From contig OX597815.1 of NCBI GenBank assembly GCA_951406725.2, positions 23,250,001 to 23,314,000 on the forward strand: DNA of 64,000 bases, in the 5' to 3' direction. The notes below the pieces were generated by a model. That model saw only the letters and a list, made by a program, of their open reading frames with translations, had not been told where the DNA came from and ran no database searches. A program made the position numbers and the translations under genes. The stretch's first letter is position 1. Each line of letters opens with the position of its first letter. Below are positions 50,202-62,989 of this stretch, one piece after another. The DNA is from Octopus vulgaris (lineage: Eukaryota).

Positions 50202-50803
50202 TACTATATCCTGGAGTAATCTGATGAAAGAGTAGAACTGGAGACAATATGTTGTGTTGCTTTTTAACTTAAGCATCAGAAGTGTTTAATGTGTGCCTCA
50301 CATTCTTTTCAGGTTCTAGAAAATTTACTGATACATATCTTAAAGTAAATGTTTTTTTTTAATGCAAATATTTATTATGATGGTAATTGTGTATTTTTTA
50401 GTTGTTTTTGCTGTGACCATGAAAATGATACTCTGCTTCCGGTTGTGTTTTACATGTTCTTTTTTTTTTTGTTTTGTTATTGTCATTTTTAATAATTTTG
50501 TCTTTTCAAACAAAACTTTATTTGACTATCCCAAAATTTAGTGGTTAATTACTATATCCTGGAGTAATCTGATGAAAGAGTAGAATTGAGGACAATATAT
50601 TGTATTGCTTTTTAACTTAAACATCAGAAGTGCTTTAACAGTGTTGAAAGACTTCATCCTCCTGTTAATGTGCACTTTATTTTTTTTCAGGATCTAGAAA
50701 ATTTACTGATACTTACATATCTTACAGTAAGTGTTTTTATTTTTTTTCCTATTTAACGCAAATATATCTTATTATGATGGTAATTGTGTGTTTTTTTAGT
50801 TGT
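50202..50803 (+). repeat. Tandem duplication with 348-bp period; each unit starts with a degenerate hammerhead-like motif
   Basis: tactatatcctggagtaatCTGATGAaagagtagaa at 50202 and 50550; shared downstream ~200 bp. Confidence 0.85.
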
Positions 50804-51162
50804 TAAACCAAATGAAAAATTCTAATTGCTATAATGGTTGTTATTTCTGATATTACTATCATTATTATCCCTTTAGCAGCATTTCTTCTGCAATTGACTG
50901 GCCTTCAACCTACCAAAAAAGACTTTCAGACTATGTGTCTGTAGTAGAAAGGGTTGGCTGAACTGCTAGCATGTCAGACAAAATGCTTAGTGACACTTCA
51001 TCTGTTTTTACATTCCCAGTTCAAATTTCACTGGGGTCCACTTTGCCTTTCATCCTTTCAGGGGTGATAAAATAAGTACCAGCTGAACACCGATGTTGAT
51101 GTAATCAACAACTAGACCTCTTGCCCTATTTCAGGTCTAGTACCGATAGTAGAAAGGATTAT

Positions 51163-51323
51163 TACCATCCGTGTAGGTAAATTTTTTTCAACATGACTTT
51201 ATTTGATTTTGTAAATGAACAATCTGGTGTGTTTATTTTAAAGGGCTACAAATGAGTTTCTTGACGTGTCAGGAAGACACATGGCAAGAAATGGAGACAA
51301 AATTGAAAGAAGAAAAACTATTG

Positions 51324-51372
<49 letters not shown>

Positions 51373-51543
51373 TAATAATAATAATAATAGCAATAATAAT
51401 AATGATAATAATAATAATAATGATGATGATGACGATGACGACGACGACAACAACAACGATGATGATGATGATGATGATAATAATAATAATAATCATTCAT
51501 CATCATCAAGACGGATGTTAAATGATGATGATGATGGTGAATG

Positions 51544-51595
<52 letters not shown>

Positions 51596-51638
51596 TATTA
51601 TTATTTTCTTCATGTAAACCCTTGTGGTTAATAAAGAA

Positions 51639-51688
<50 letters not shown>

Positions 51689-51881
51689 CATCATTATTAG
51701 TTTCTTCTTTCAATTTTGTCTCCATTTCTTGCCAAGTGTTTTACTGACACTTACATCAAGAAACTCACCATATATACATTGACAGGCCATTAGAATAAAA
51801 AAAAAAAAACAAAAAAAACAGAGTGTTCATTTACAAAATCAAATAAAGTTATGTTGAAAAAAATTACCTACATGGATGGTA
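51163..51881. repeat. Large foldback: diverged ~160-bp unique arms around complementary (AAT/GAT)n and (ATT/ATC)n tracts
   Basis: taccatccgtgtaggtaaatttttttcaacatgactttatttgattttgtaaatgaac and ggcaagaaatggagacaaaattgaaagaagaaa are mirrored at 51700-51881. Confidence 0.85.
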
Positions 51882-51893
51882 TTCATTCTCATT

Positions 51894-51949
<56 letters not shown>

Positions 51950-52186
51950 TATTATTGTTATAAAGACAGCAAGATGGCAGAATTGTTAGCATGTTGGACG
52001 AAATGCTTAGCAGTATTTTGACCATCTTTATGTTCTGAGTTCAAATCCTGCCAATCTTGACTTTACCTTTCATCCTTCCGGAATTGATAAAATATATTGA
52101 TAAAATAAGTACAAAAATAAGTACAATCGATTTAACCCCCTCCCCCCCAAAACTACTGGCCTGGTGCCGAAATTTGAAATTATTAT

Positions 52187-52543
52187 TATTACCTCCACCT
52201 TAGTGAAAGCAGAGGTATTCTCTTCAGTCATGTGTGTATGTCCGTGGACAAGATATCTCAAAAAACTGCTGGAGGGATTCAGATGAAAATTTCAAGGATG
52301 CTTGGCCTCGTGACTAGCACGGACTGATTAGATTTTGGGATCAATCTGGTGCTGGTTAAAGATCCTGGATTATTTTTCCTGTTTTTTACTTAATTTTTGC
52401 GAATAGTCATTGTTAGTATTCTCATTTGTGAGTGCAGTCGAGTTTATTTCAGATATTCTCATTTTAAAAATCATCTCTGGCTAATCGTTGAGAGGACATT
52501 GGTGTTGCCTTGGCGGATGTTTGTACTCTCTGAGTGTTCTTGT
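52187..52543 (+). mobile_element. Helentron-associated (HINE/DINE-like) non-autonomous element
   Basis: Starts tattacctccacctt and ends ccttggcggatgtttgtactctctgagtgttcttgtt (subterminal inverted repeat plus 3' hairpin layout); family assignment from memory. Confidence 0.55.
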
Positions 52544-54065
52544 TATTATTATAATTTTTAAGGCAGTGAGCTGGCAGAATCATAAGCATACTGGACAAAA
52601 TGCTTAGCAGCGTCTCATCTGTATTATGAATTCAGAATCTGCTGGGGATCAACTATCCTTTTTATCCCCTTGAGGTTGAGATATAAGTACCAGTTGAGCA
52701 CTGGGGTTGACATAATCAACTAGACCCCTCCCCACAAAAATTTAGTGCCTATTGTAGAGAGGATTATTATTATCATCATCATCATCATCATCATTATTAT
52801 TAAAGGCAGTGAGGTGGCAGAATTGTTAGCATGCTGGGCAAAATACTTGGTGGTATTGACGTTCTGAATTCACATGCTGCTGGGGTCGACTTCACTTTTC
52901 ATCCTTTCAGAGTTAATAAAATAAAGTACCAGTGAGACACTGGGGGTCAATGTAATTGACTAGTCCCCCCCCCACAAATTTCAAGCCTTGTGTCTATAGT
53001 AGAAAGGATTATTATTATTATCATTATTATTATTATTAGGTGGTGGTGGTGAAATGTCAGAATTTCTAGAGTGGAACCCAAAATTCTTTGTGGTGTTTAG
53101 AAGCATTTCTTTACATTCTGATTCTGTATCATGTGAAGATCAACTTTGTTTCTCATCCTTCTGGGGTTGATAAAATAAACTAAAAAGTAAAAAATTGGAA
53201 GTTCTACTAATCAGCTACACCCCACTACACAAACACACACATACACACACACAAATCATACTTTTATGTTGATGCTAGAAATCATTACTGTTATCGAGGT
53301 TGGTGGTATAATAGAATTGATAGAAAGAACTGGTTGATAGATTTGGTAGTAAGGCAGACAAGTTGTCTGGTGGCATTTAATCACATCACTTTACATTCGG
53401 AATTCAACTCCTGCCATGGTTACACTTTTGGGATCAGTAAAAAACATTTGCCTGTCAAGTTTTGGGGTTGTCTGAATTAATTATGCCCCCTTACCCTTCA
53501 CAACATTTGGAATGTCATGCATTTATTAGATATTCTTATAATTGTTGCATTTATTTTTAGTACTATACTTAATTAAGAAGTTAGAATAGTGCCATTGTCC
53601 TCTTTCTCCTCCCCCTCCTTCTCCTCCTCCTTTCGTCACCATCATTTAATGTTTGTCTTCCATACTGGCATAGGCTGGATGGTCCAACAGGATCCCTCCC
53701 TAACACCAACAATTTTACTGAGTTTACTGGATGCATATTTTTGTGGCACTAGCACTAGTGAAGATTGCAAAACTAAGGGCCTAAAGTGTTCCCTAGAACT
53801 GAGGAAGAATAGAAGAGAGAAGGTGCAATGATGTTAGGTGGGGTGATAAGTGAGGGTAAAGCAAGATAAAGGAACTGATTCAGAGTTGTGATATGATGGT
53901 GGCAGACAGAATAACAGAGTAGACACTAATAGGGGATGGGAGTAAGGCAGAGACCAAGGGGAAAAGGAAGGGGTTAGTGTCAGAGGTTATTGGGGAAAAG
54001 GGGTTGAACTGAGTGAAGTAAAAAAGTGATAAGGTGGGTTGTGCAGAGGTGCCTAGGGCTATCCT

Positions 54066-54582
54066 CAGGGCTGGCACTAGGAACGGCAGGACCCAATTAG
54101 AGAATTGTCAGTGGGGCCCTCTACTTTACAGAAGCTGAAGATTGATGTTTTATGCTTTGTGTAGTATGCTAGTCCCGGCTAAAAAGTGTTGAGGGCTTGA
54201 GGCTCTGTCATTAATCACAATGATATACTTAAAATTCATCATCCCTATTTCTTTACTACCCACAAGGGGCTAAACACAGAGAGGACAAACAAGGACAGAC
54301 AAATGGATTAAGTCGATTACATCGACCCCAGTGCATAACTGGTACTTAATTTATCGACCCTGAAAGGATGAAAGGCAAAGTCGACCGTGGCAGAATTTGA
54401 ACTCAGAATGTAACAGCAGACGAAATACGGTTACACATTTCGCCTGGCATGCTAACGTTTCTGCCAGCTCGCCGCCTTAAAATTCATCATACCATCCACT
54501 GCCTGAGCATGTGCGCAGGGTCCACTCTTAGTGTGGGGCCCAGTTTGAACAAATCTGTCTAATTGGTTTAAAACCAGTCCTG
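54066..54582. mobile_element. hAT-type MITE with 8-bp TSD, carrying a nested family A SINE (54246-54478, -)
   Basis: TIRs cagggctgg / ccagtcctg; perfect GCTATCCT duplication (54058-54065, 54583-54590); nested SINE flanked by aaaattcatcat repeats. Confidence 0.85.
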
Positions 54583-55182
54583 GCTATCCTGTATTATAAA
54601 GATGTGTAGGGAAAAGAGACAGAGATGGAATAATAGACTTGGATGGTGAGAGAGTAATTGGAGGCAAGAAAGATGTGGAGATTTGGTGGGTAGCCCAAAG
54701 GAGCAGAGGAAGAATAAAAGGGGGTTTGAAAAGGTAGAGAAGCTGTGAGGAGAGAGCAGTGAGAGAAAATGAGGTAGTGAGTGGTAGAGCAGTGGATGTG
54801 CAGTAAGTGGGTGCATCAAGGAAATGAGAGGCTGGAGTGCATGATAGAGGTTGAAGTAAGCGGAAGAGCAGAGTGTGACCAGCAAAAAAAGGGAGGCTGT
54901 GAGGATATGACAGTGAAAGAGAGAGAGAGTGAGAGAGAGAGAGAGAGATAAGGTGGCGAGTTGGCAGAATCGTTAGCACGCTGGGCGAAATGCGTAGCTG
55001 TATTTCGTCTGCCGTTACGTTCTGAGTTCAAATTCTGCCGAGGTTGACTTTGCCTTTCATCCTTTCGAGGTCGATAAATTAAGTGCCAGTTACGCACTGG
55101 GGTCGATGTAATCGACTTAATCCGTTTGTCTGTCCTTGTTTGTCCCCTCTATGTTTAGCCCCTTGTGGGCAATAAAGAAAGA

Positions 55183-55225
<43 letters not shown>

Positions 55226-57239
55226 CAGAGAGAGACAGAGACAGAGAGAGACAGATAGACAGAAAGAGAGAGAGGGGAAAGTAGTGAGTGGATGCAATGG
55301 GAACATTGAGAGACAGAAAGATTACAGTGCACCTTAGACGTGTACACCCAGAAGAAGTGTTGGGTGGAAATAGAAGTAACCCAGGAGATAGTGTGCTGGT
55401 TGGTAGCAGAATAGGGCAAGTATAACAGATAAGATGAAAGAAGGTATGACTGGTGAAGGGATGGAAATCATGGATGGGACGTGTGTAAGGATACAAAGTG
55501 AGTTGGGGTGAACGTAAGGTGAGAGATCAGTAAGGCAGATTCAACAGTTGACAGGGAACATATTTACATATATATATCACCGTAATCACTGTGACTGACC
55601 AGGCTATCAGATGTTGATACAACTCTCGGGTCACAATGTGCTTCACATTGGTTTAGCCTTCAAATGACGCCACCCCTGCTGGCTAAGCGAGCAGGCCAAC
55701 AGAAGAAAAAGTGAGAGAAAGTTGTGGCGAAAGAGTACAGCAGGGATCACCACCACCCCCTGCTGGAGCCTCGTGGAGCTTTAGGTGTTTTCGCTCAATG
55801 AACACTCACAACGCCCGGTCTGGGAATCAAAACCGTGATCCTATGACCACGAGTCTGCTGCCCTAACCACTGGGCCATTGTGCATCCACATTTACATATA
55901 TATATACACATATATATTTACACCCCCCCACACATACATGTTTGTATACATGTATACATATGATAAATTACTTAGTTCATTAGAAATTTAAATAATTGAC
56001 TAACAACAAGGAAATGATATGTTCCACCCACACTTAACAAGAAAACTTCTCGCACACACACACGATACCACAACGAACTAAACTATGTCTCTACATCCCT
56101 TTTCTTCTTCACATTTCTGCTTCATGTACTATGATTATCTCCCATTCCCCAATCTTGTCCTCTTGGCCCGGTGCCACTGTATCATTGCTCCCTGCTTGCC
56201 CCCAACCTGTGCGTTCTACCCACATGCCTTGTCTCACTCTATTATTGCCATCTGCTAGCCCCCAATCTGGGTGTTCCAGTGACATGTAACAAGAAAACGT
56301 TTCCCTCACCTTACCCCAACAAACCGATCTACATCTCTTCTCCTTCTTGTATTTCCTTCTTCATTCAGTCAGCCTCATTGCCAGCCTCGCCTGGCACCTG
56401 TGCCGGTGGCACGTAAAAAGCACCCACTACATTCACGGAGTGGTTGGCGTTAGGAAGGGCATCCAGCTGTAGAAACATTGCCAGATCAGACTGGGCCTGG
56501 TGCAGCCTCCTGGCTTCCCAGACCCCAGTTGAACCGTCCAACCCATGCTAGCATGGAAAGCGGATGCTAAATGAAGATGATGATGATGATAATGATTCAC
56601 TATGCCTAGCTCTCACCCCTTGCATAGCCCTCACTCCCCAATCCTGTCCTCACATCTCTGTTCCTTTGTATCGTTGCTATCTGGTAGCCCCTCCAACTCT
56701 ATACCCAGGTCTTTTGCCACTTACTCTCACTCTTTAATCACACTCCCTTCACAATATCCTGTCACTTATATTATGGCATTAGAGCCACAAGAGTATGCCC
56801 TGGTACTTGCCACCATCTATATCTCGCTCTTCCTTTACTCAGCCATCTCATTTATACTCTGATCTCCATTCCTTGTGAGTATGCCTGGCATTTTGCCACC
56901 ATCTCCATCCTGCAGTCTCCCACTCTCTCTTTCTTCTGTACTTCCCTCAGGTTGTGCAACCGTGTATTTTCTTTGAGGTAGCTCATCTGTTTCTGTCTAC
57001 ATTCCTGATCTTTCTCTCTCTGGCCAGGTAACCTTGTACTTCCTCCACAGCAAGACACCTGTATCTGTCTCACTATAACCTTTTCATCATCACCTCCGCC
57101 AATGCCTCCTTCTCTCTTAAAAGTTTTTCTCTTGCACCAGACTTCTGTGACTGTTTTGGCAAGATTTTTACTGCTGGAGCATAATTTAAATTAAGGCATG
57201 TGTAGTTGGGAAGTAAGCTTCTTACCACACAGCCATGCT

Positions 57240-57278
<39 letters not shown>

Positions 57279-58585
57279 CGAAGACCTGTTGAGGCAAGTG
57301 AAATCGAAATCAAAATCAAAGTGAAATTCGATGATGGACACGAGCACCATCTGAGTGTGATCGTTACCAGAGCAGCTAACTGGCTTCTGTGCCAGTAGCA
57401 TGTAGGAGGCACCATTCGAGCGGGATCGTTACCAGCATCGCCTTACTGGCACCTGTGCCATTGGCATGTGTAAAAAAAAAAAAAATTCGAGTGAGGTCTT
57501 TGCCAGTACCGCCTGACTGGCCCCCGTGCTGGTGGCATGTAAAAGCACCCACTACACTCTCGGAAGGGTTGGTGTTAGGAAGGGTATCCAGCTGTAGAAA
57601 CAAGATTGGAGCCTGGTGCAGCCATCTGGTTCGCCAGCCCTCAGTCAAACCGTCCAACCCATGCTAGCATGGAAAGCAGACATTAAACGATGATGATGAT
57701 GATGATGATGATGATATATATATATATATATAGGCGCAGGAGTGGCTGTTTGGTAAGTAGCTTGCTAACCAACCACATGGTTCCGGGTTCAGTCCCACTG
57801 CGTGGCATCTTGGGCAAGTGTCTTCTGCTATAGCCTCGGGCCGACCAATGCCTTGTGAGTGGATTTGGTAGACGGAAACTGAAAGAAGCCTGTCGTATAT
57901 ATGTATATATATATAAGTGTGTGTTCCCCTGTGTTTGTTCCCCCCTAGCATCGCTTGACAACCGATGCTGGTGTGTTTACGTCACCGTCACTTAGCGGTT
58001 CGACAAAAGAGACCGATAGAATAAGTACTGGGCTTACAAAAAAGAATAAGTCCCGGGGTCGATTTGCTCGACTAAAGGCGGTGCTCCAGCATGGCCACAG
58101 TCAAATGACTGAAACAAGTAAAAAGAGTAAAAAAAAAAAAAGAGTATATAATAATGTATAATAATAAAATTATTGTACAAAATGCTCAGATGACTTAGGT
58201 GACACATTTTTTGTGAAAAATTGCACAAATTTGTCCTAATTAAGAGGCCTATCTGTTGGAGAAGGCCTATCTGTCTGACATGGAATAAACAAAAATTTAT
58301 ATAAGATATTCTATTGTAAAAATTGCCCGGCGACGATGGGCTATTCAGCTAGTTAACTATAATTCTAATGCTGAAAATGTCAAGTTCATAAATAACACAT
58401 TTCAACAATGAGAAGTAGATTATAGATTCAGTCGTTTTTTAATGAATGATACTTTCCTATTCATTCCCTATTGGATGATTTCTCATTTAATATTTATAAA
58501 TATTCTGGGTGAACATAGAACTTAGAAAAGTTCCAACAACATATAATCCTGTAAAATCCAAAATAATTTTGATCAATTCTTTTAG

Positions 58586-58622
58586 AACATGCCAAATGCT
58601 TCAAGAATTAAGAGAATATAAG
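58586..58622 (+). CDS. Candidate 37-nt exon, phase-compatible with 32764-32899
   Basis: aattcttttag|AACATGCC...GAATATAAG|gtaatt; encodes TCQMLQELREYK after one carried-over base. Confidence 0.2.
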
Positions 58623-60178
58623 GTAATTAATTAAATAACCAAACTAAGCCTAATGATTAAACAAAGAAACTATAAGTGAATGAACCTTGTATTAAAATTA
58701 TGAATTTGCCTTCTAATTGAAAATGACAACAGCAAATAGGAAGAAGAAATGAAAATAGGCCCCTGAAAACAAATTCAGGGATCTTAGCAAATGGTAATGT
58801 CTAGAATAATCTAAAAATGGGTCCTAAGATAAAAAGTTAGAGACTATTTAGTACATATTTAAAACGGTTGCTTCTGATTTAGGCACAAGGCCAGCAATTC
58901 CAAGGAGTGGGTGTTTGTTAGTTGTCGGAGCACTGCATCCTTCAAGACTTCCATGCTTCCTGAGATTCGCCAACACTACACTTGATTTTCTCCCCTCCAT
59001 ACACACACAAGCATGTTCACTTTCCAGACGTTTCTACATTACTGCATGTACTTTATATGCACTTTCTGACAAGTTGTGGTGCACCTGAGCACTGTATACA
59101 ATAACTTCATTATTATTATTATCATCTACCTCAGTACTCGACTGTTACTTTATTTTATCATCCTTGATAGGATGAAAGATGAACTTGTCCCCTTGGCAAT
59201 ATTTGAACTCAGAACATAAAGATCCAGAAGAAATAGCAAAGTATACTTAGTCTGACACTCTAATGATTTTGCCAATCCACTTATGTACATATTTAAAATT
59301 AAATCTAACCCATGCTTCCAAAAATCATTTTTGGGGAAATAACAGTAGTGTATAATTTCACTGGGCCTTGAACCTGCATCCAATCTGTCCTTATCCAGCC
59401 TTCCCCACCTCTCATCTTCCTAACACCCATCTATCCATTCTTCTAACTGTGGTACTATTCAGCTGCTGTAATCATATGACTACTGAATATGCACATATTT
59501 TGTCCCCCTTTGTACTACCAGTTATTCCCCTTTCCTCGGACCCACTTCTTTCTAAAATCTACCCCCTATCTCAATATAATCCATTCCCACTTTATTTTCT
59601 ACCAATCACCCCTTTCTGTGCCTCCCTAAGATACATCTTAGGACTGCTATTTCCTTATCTTTAACACCCTCTCTTATCTGCTATCATTCTCATCACACAG
59701 GCATATCTGTGTTGATGGCCTCTCCTCCTCCTTGTTTGCCACTCACTGTTGCCACTACTATGTACCTCTAACATTGTACATCTCTCTCACTGCCATCAAA
59801 CTTTTCACCCTACACATCCTCTACATATTTCCTGATCTATCTACAGGTTTACTACACTACAGTTCTCCTCCTTTGCTGTACAACCACTTATCACTTCTTT
59901 TTTTCTGAGTCACTCTTATTGTTTCACTCCCCACTTCCTGCCATACTGACATTTACCATCGACCACACTTTCTCTCGCATTCCATTCACTACATTCATTT
60001 TTACATCCATCTTTAAACATCAGTGGCTCTCCTCACAGTCTAGTGAACTTATCCACCCATACTTCCCAATTCTTTGCCAGTATTTTTTCCTATACTTTCA
60101 TCTATCACTGAAATTTCATCACCACCATCCTCATTGCCTTTACTCCAACCCACTCTTATATAATGCTGGGTAGCCATA

Positions 60179-60562
60179 TCTTTATATATAAAAGTGAAGT
60201 TGTGTGTCTGTCTCCTACGATTTAGATTCCTAACTACTCCCACATTTTGCGGTGCAGTTTAACCAAAACCGGGTATCTATAGTCGTGATTCATATCGAGC
60301 CCTTCTGGGTATTAGCGCGCGTCTACGATGAGTCTACGATTTAAAAAAAAAATTACCATCATTTTTTTCCATTTTAATGCATTTTTCGCTATTATATAAG
60401 GGAAGTAACTCTCTAAAAATGTCTACGATGAGTCAACGATTTACAAAAAAATTTACCATAATTTTTTTCCATTTTTAATGCATTTTTTGGCTATAACTCT
60501 CTAAAAATGCTTATATAGTTATTTCCCTTACAAACCCGAGCAACGCCGGGCGATACTGCTAG
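60179..60562 (+). mobile_element. Non-autonomous Helitron (subfamily 2) with an internal ~100-bp duplication
   Basis: A|TC...CTAG|T; gtctacgatgagtc.acgattta...ttacc unit present twice. Confidence 0.88.
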
Positions 60563-61099
60563 TCTCTTCTATAACAAGACATCTATGCCTGACCCTCTAT
60601 CATATTTTAAGCCTCCCAACTCCTAACTCTGAGCACCTTTTCAAACTCCACCTGTCTAACACCTGTGGACATGTTTACAAAGTCAGAAAACAGCACAGCT
60701 CCCATTAACTTTCTGATAAGTGCTTATGGAGAAAGTACCTGATGATTCTATCCACCACAACCCTCTTAGGAATAGTGGGTGGTGAAAGTGGATGGATGGA
60801 AAAGTCCCAGAGTTCTTCTCTCTTTCTTTTTTGGCCAGAATTTATTATTGAGATAATGACCAGTTCTTCTTCAGGAAAGGAGTCAAGAAATATACATAAA
60901 TTTTAATTAATGCATATTTCTTGGCTCCCAGTAAGTGCTTACTTTACCAAATACTTTTTCTGACATCAGGCATCCTTGGGTATTTTCCTGCAGTCAATTT
61001 TCTACCGATTGTCTAAGATTTGCCATCTATGAGATTGTATAGAATGAATGATACTATGATTCTGAGATTACATACCTGTAATTGAAAGAAATAAAACTA

Positions 61100-61698
61100 G
61101 CATGCTCTACTGGATAGGTAATGTCAGTGTGCATGCATTGTAGAGTGTAAATCATTTAAGAGGAAAACTGGGTATAAGAGACATCATGTGATGCATATGG
61201 ATGAGGACAGCTGCATAGAGAGGTGCTGAGCTCTAATTGCGGAGGGTACCTGTGGAAGGGGTAGACCCAGGAAGATGTGGGACAAAGTGGTGAGAAAGGA
61301 TCTTCAGGCACTGGGCCTCACTGAAGAAATGACAAGGGACTGGGAGATGTGGAGATTTGCTGTACTTGATAAGACATGTCAAACCAGGTAAAATCACTGT
61401 CTTCCACACATACAGGATTGTCCTTTCAGGTGCTAGTGCCACTTAAAAAAGCACCTGTGCCAGAGCTGCATTAACACCCCCATGCCAGTGCTGTGTCAAC
61501 ACACCTGTGCCGGTGGCATGTAAAAAGCACCCAGCACACTCTGTTAAGTGTTTGACATTACGAAGGGCATCCAGCTGTAGAAACCATCCCTCAACAGATA
61601 GCTGGAGTCTGGACAGTTCCCTGCATGTCAGCTCCATATCAAACTGTCCAACCCGTGCCAGCATGGAAAATAGAGGCTAAACAATGATGATGATGATA
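61100..61698 (+). mobile_element. RTE LINE 3' fragment with family C tail
   Basis: EGTCGRGRPRKMWDKVVRKDLQALGLTEEMTRD followed by 3'UTR and (GAT)n. Confidence 0.78.
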
Positions 61699-61884
61699 AA
61701 ATTTACAAGGATATGAATTTAAAGTTTGAAGAGTGGCTGTGGGGTAAGTAGATTGCTTACCAACCACATGGTTCCAGGTTCAATCCCACTGCGTGGCACC
61801 TTGGGCAAGTGTCTTCTACTATGGCCTTGGGCTGACCATACATGCAAGCATACATACATACATACATACATACATACATGCTAA

Positions 61885-62965
61885 CCTTCTACTGACCATA
61901 TCTTATCAATCTGTGCCAGCAAACTCTCATTAAGACCAATAGCATACCACACTGGTTAGCTTTGGCAGAACCACCCACATGGCAAAAAAATACTGGCCAA
62001 TTGCATGCCAGAACTTAATGTATAAGATATATATAGAATGTCTAAACTGCTCCCTCCAGGACCATTGAAAGGTATGTGTTTGCAATCCAGGAACAGGAAA
62101 TATCAACCAAGTACCTGATGCACAAAAGGGATAAAGATGCAGGAAAAGCAGTAAAACGTGACAACCAATGCAGACTTTGTAGAGTTAACACTGAAGATAT
62201 CACCCATATCATAAGCAATTATCCAAAAATGTCATCACGGTATTATCTATCGATGAGACATGATGTTGTAGCTAGGACATTCTATAATGAAATCCATTGG
62301 AAGGATAACCTCGAGTACAAAGAAATAGGAAGTCACAGTATGGTAGAAGCCATAGCCACTCATAATAAAAAGGAATACTGGTGGAATGTCCCAGTGAAGA
62401 CCTCAATAAAATGTAAGCACAACAGACCTGATATGAATTGGGACAGAGAAGAGAAACTGTGCACAGTTGTGGGAATTAGCTGCCCAGCAGATGTTAACAT
62501 AAAGCTGAAGATCAGTGAAAAAGAGAGCACCTACACTGAACTATTGAGAAATCTGCAGTTACTCTATCCACATAACAAGTTCAGGTTTGTACCTGTAATT
62601 ATTGAGGCCCTGGGATGTGTAACACACTGCCTAAATACCAATCCGGAGAAATTAGGCTTCTCAAAATCAGAAAGGAGAAAGCTAATATGAAGACTACAGA
62701 TCCAACTCATCATGGAACTGTAAAACTCTGTAAAACTTTCCAGAAGTTTATCATTTAAATATGTATGAGCATGTCTAGATATGCAACTATATGCATGAGA
62801 ATACATACATAAAGCAAAACATACAAATCTGCACATACACATACATACATACCAACAAAAATACCCTGTTGTTGATGTTGAAATTCCAGTGAAGGAGGCT
62901 TGAGTCTGGGTTAGAAACTGGTTCTTTATTGACAAGAAATTTTGTAATAAAACTGAACCATGACA
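61885..62965 (+). mobile_element. R4/Dong-like non-LTR retrotransposon 3' end (CCHC knuckle plus restriction-like endonuclease)
   Basis: ORF 62076-62690: FAIQEQ, CRLCRVNTEDITHIISN(Y)P...RHD, WWNVP...HNRPD, ISCPAD...EKE..Y..L, VPVIIEALG; substitutions at conserved sites indicate decay. Confidence 0.82.
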
Positions 62966-62989
62966 TGCATAATTACATACATACATACA

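Noticed and set aside
50215-50285. Tandem C/D-box snoRNAs (TGATGA box C)
   Set aside because: No CTGA box D with a terminal stem at a suitable distance; the hammerhead-like reading explains more of the sequence.
51238-51747. Poly-Asn/Asp/Ile/Leu ORFs
   Set aside because: Trinucleotide microsatellite artefacts within the foldback; no splice or homology support.
60739-60790. CTGATGA...GAAA hammerhead candidate
   Set aside because: No stem III, NUH triplet or stem I complement follows GAAA.
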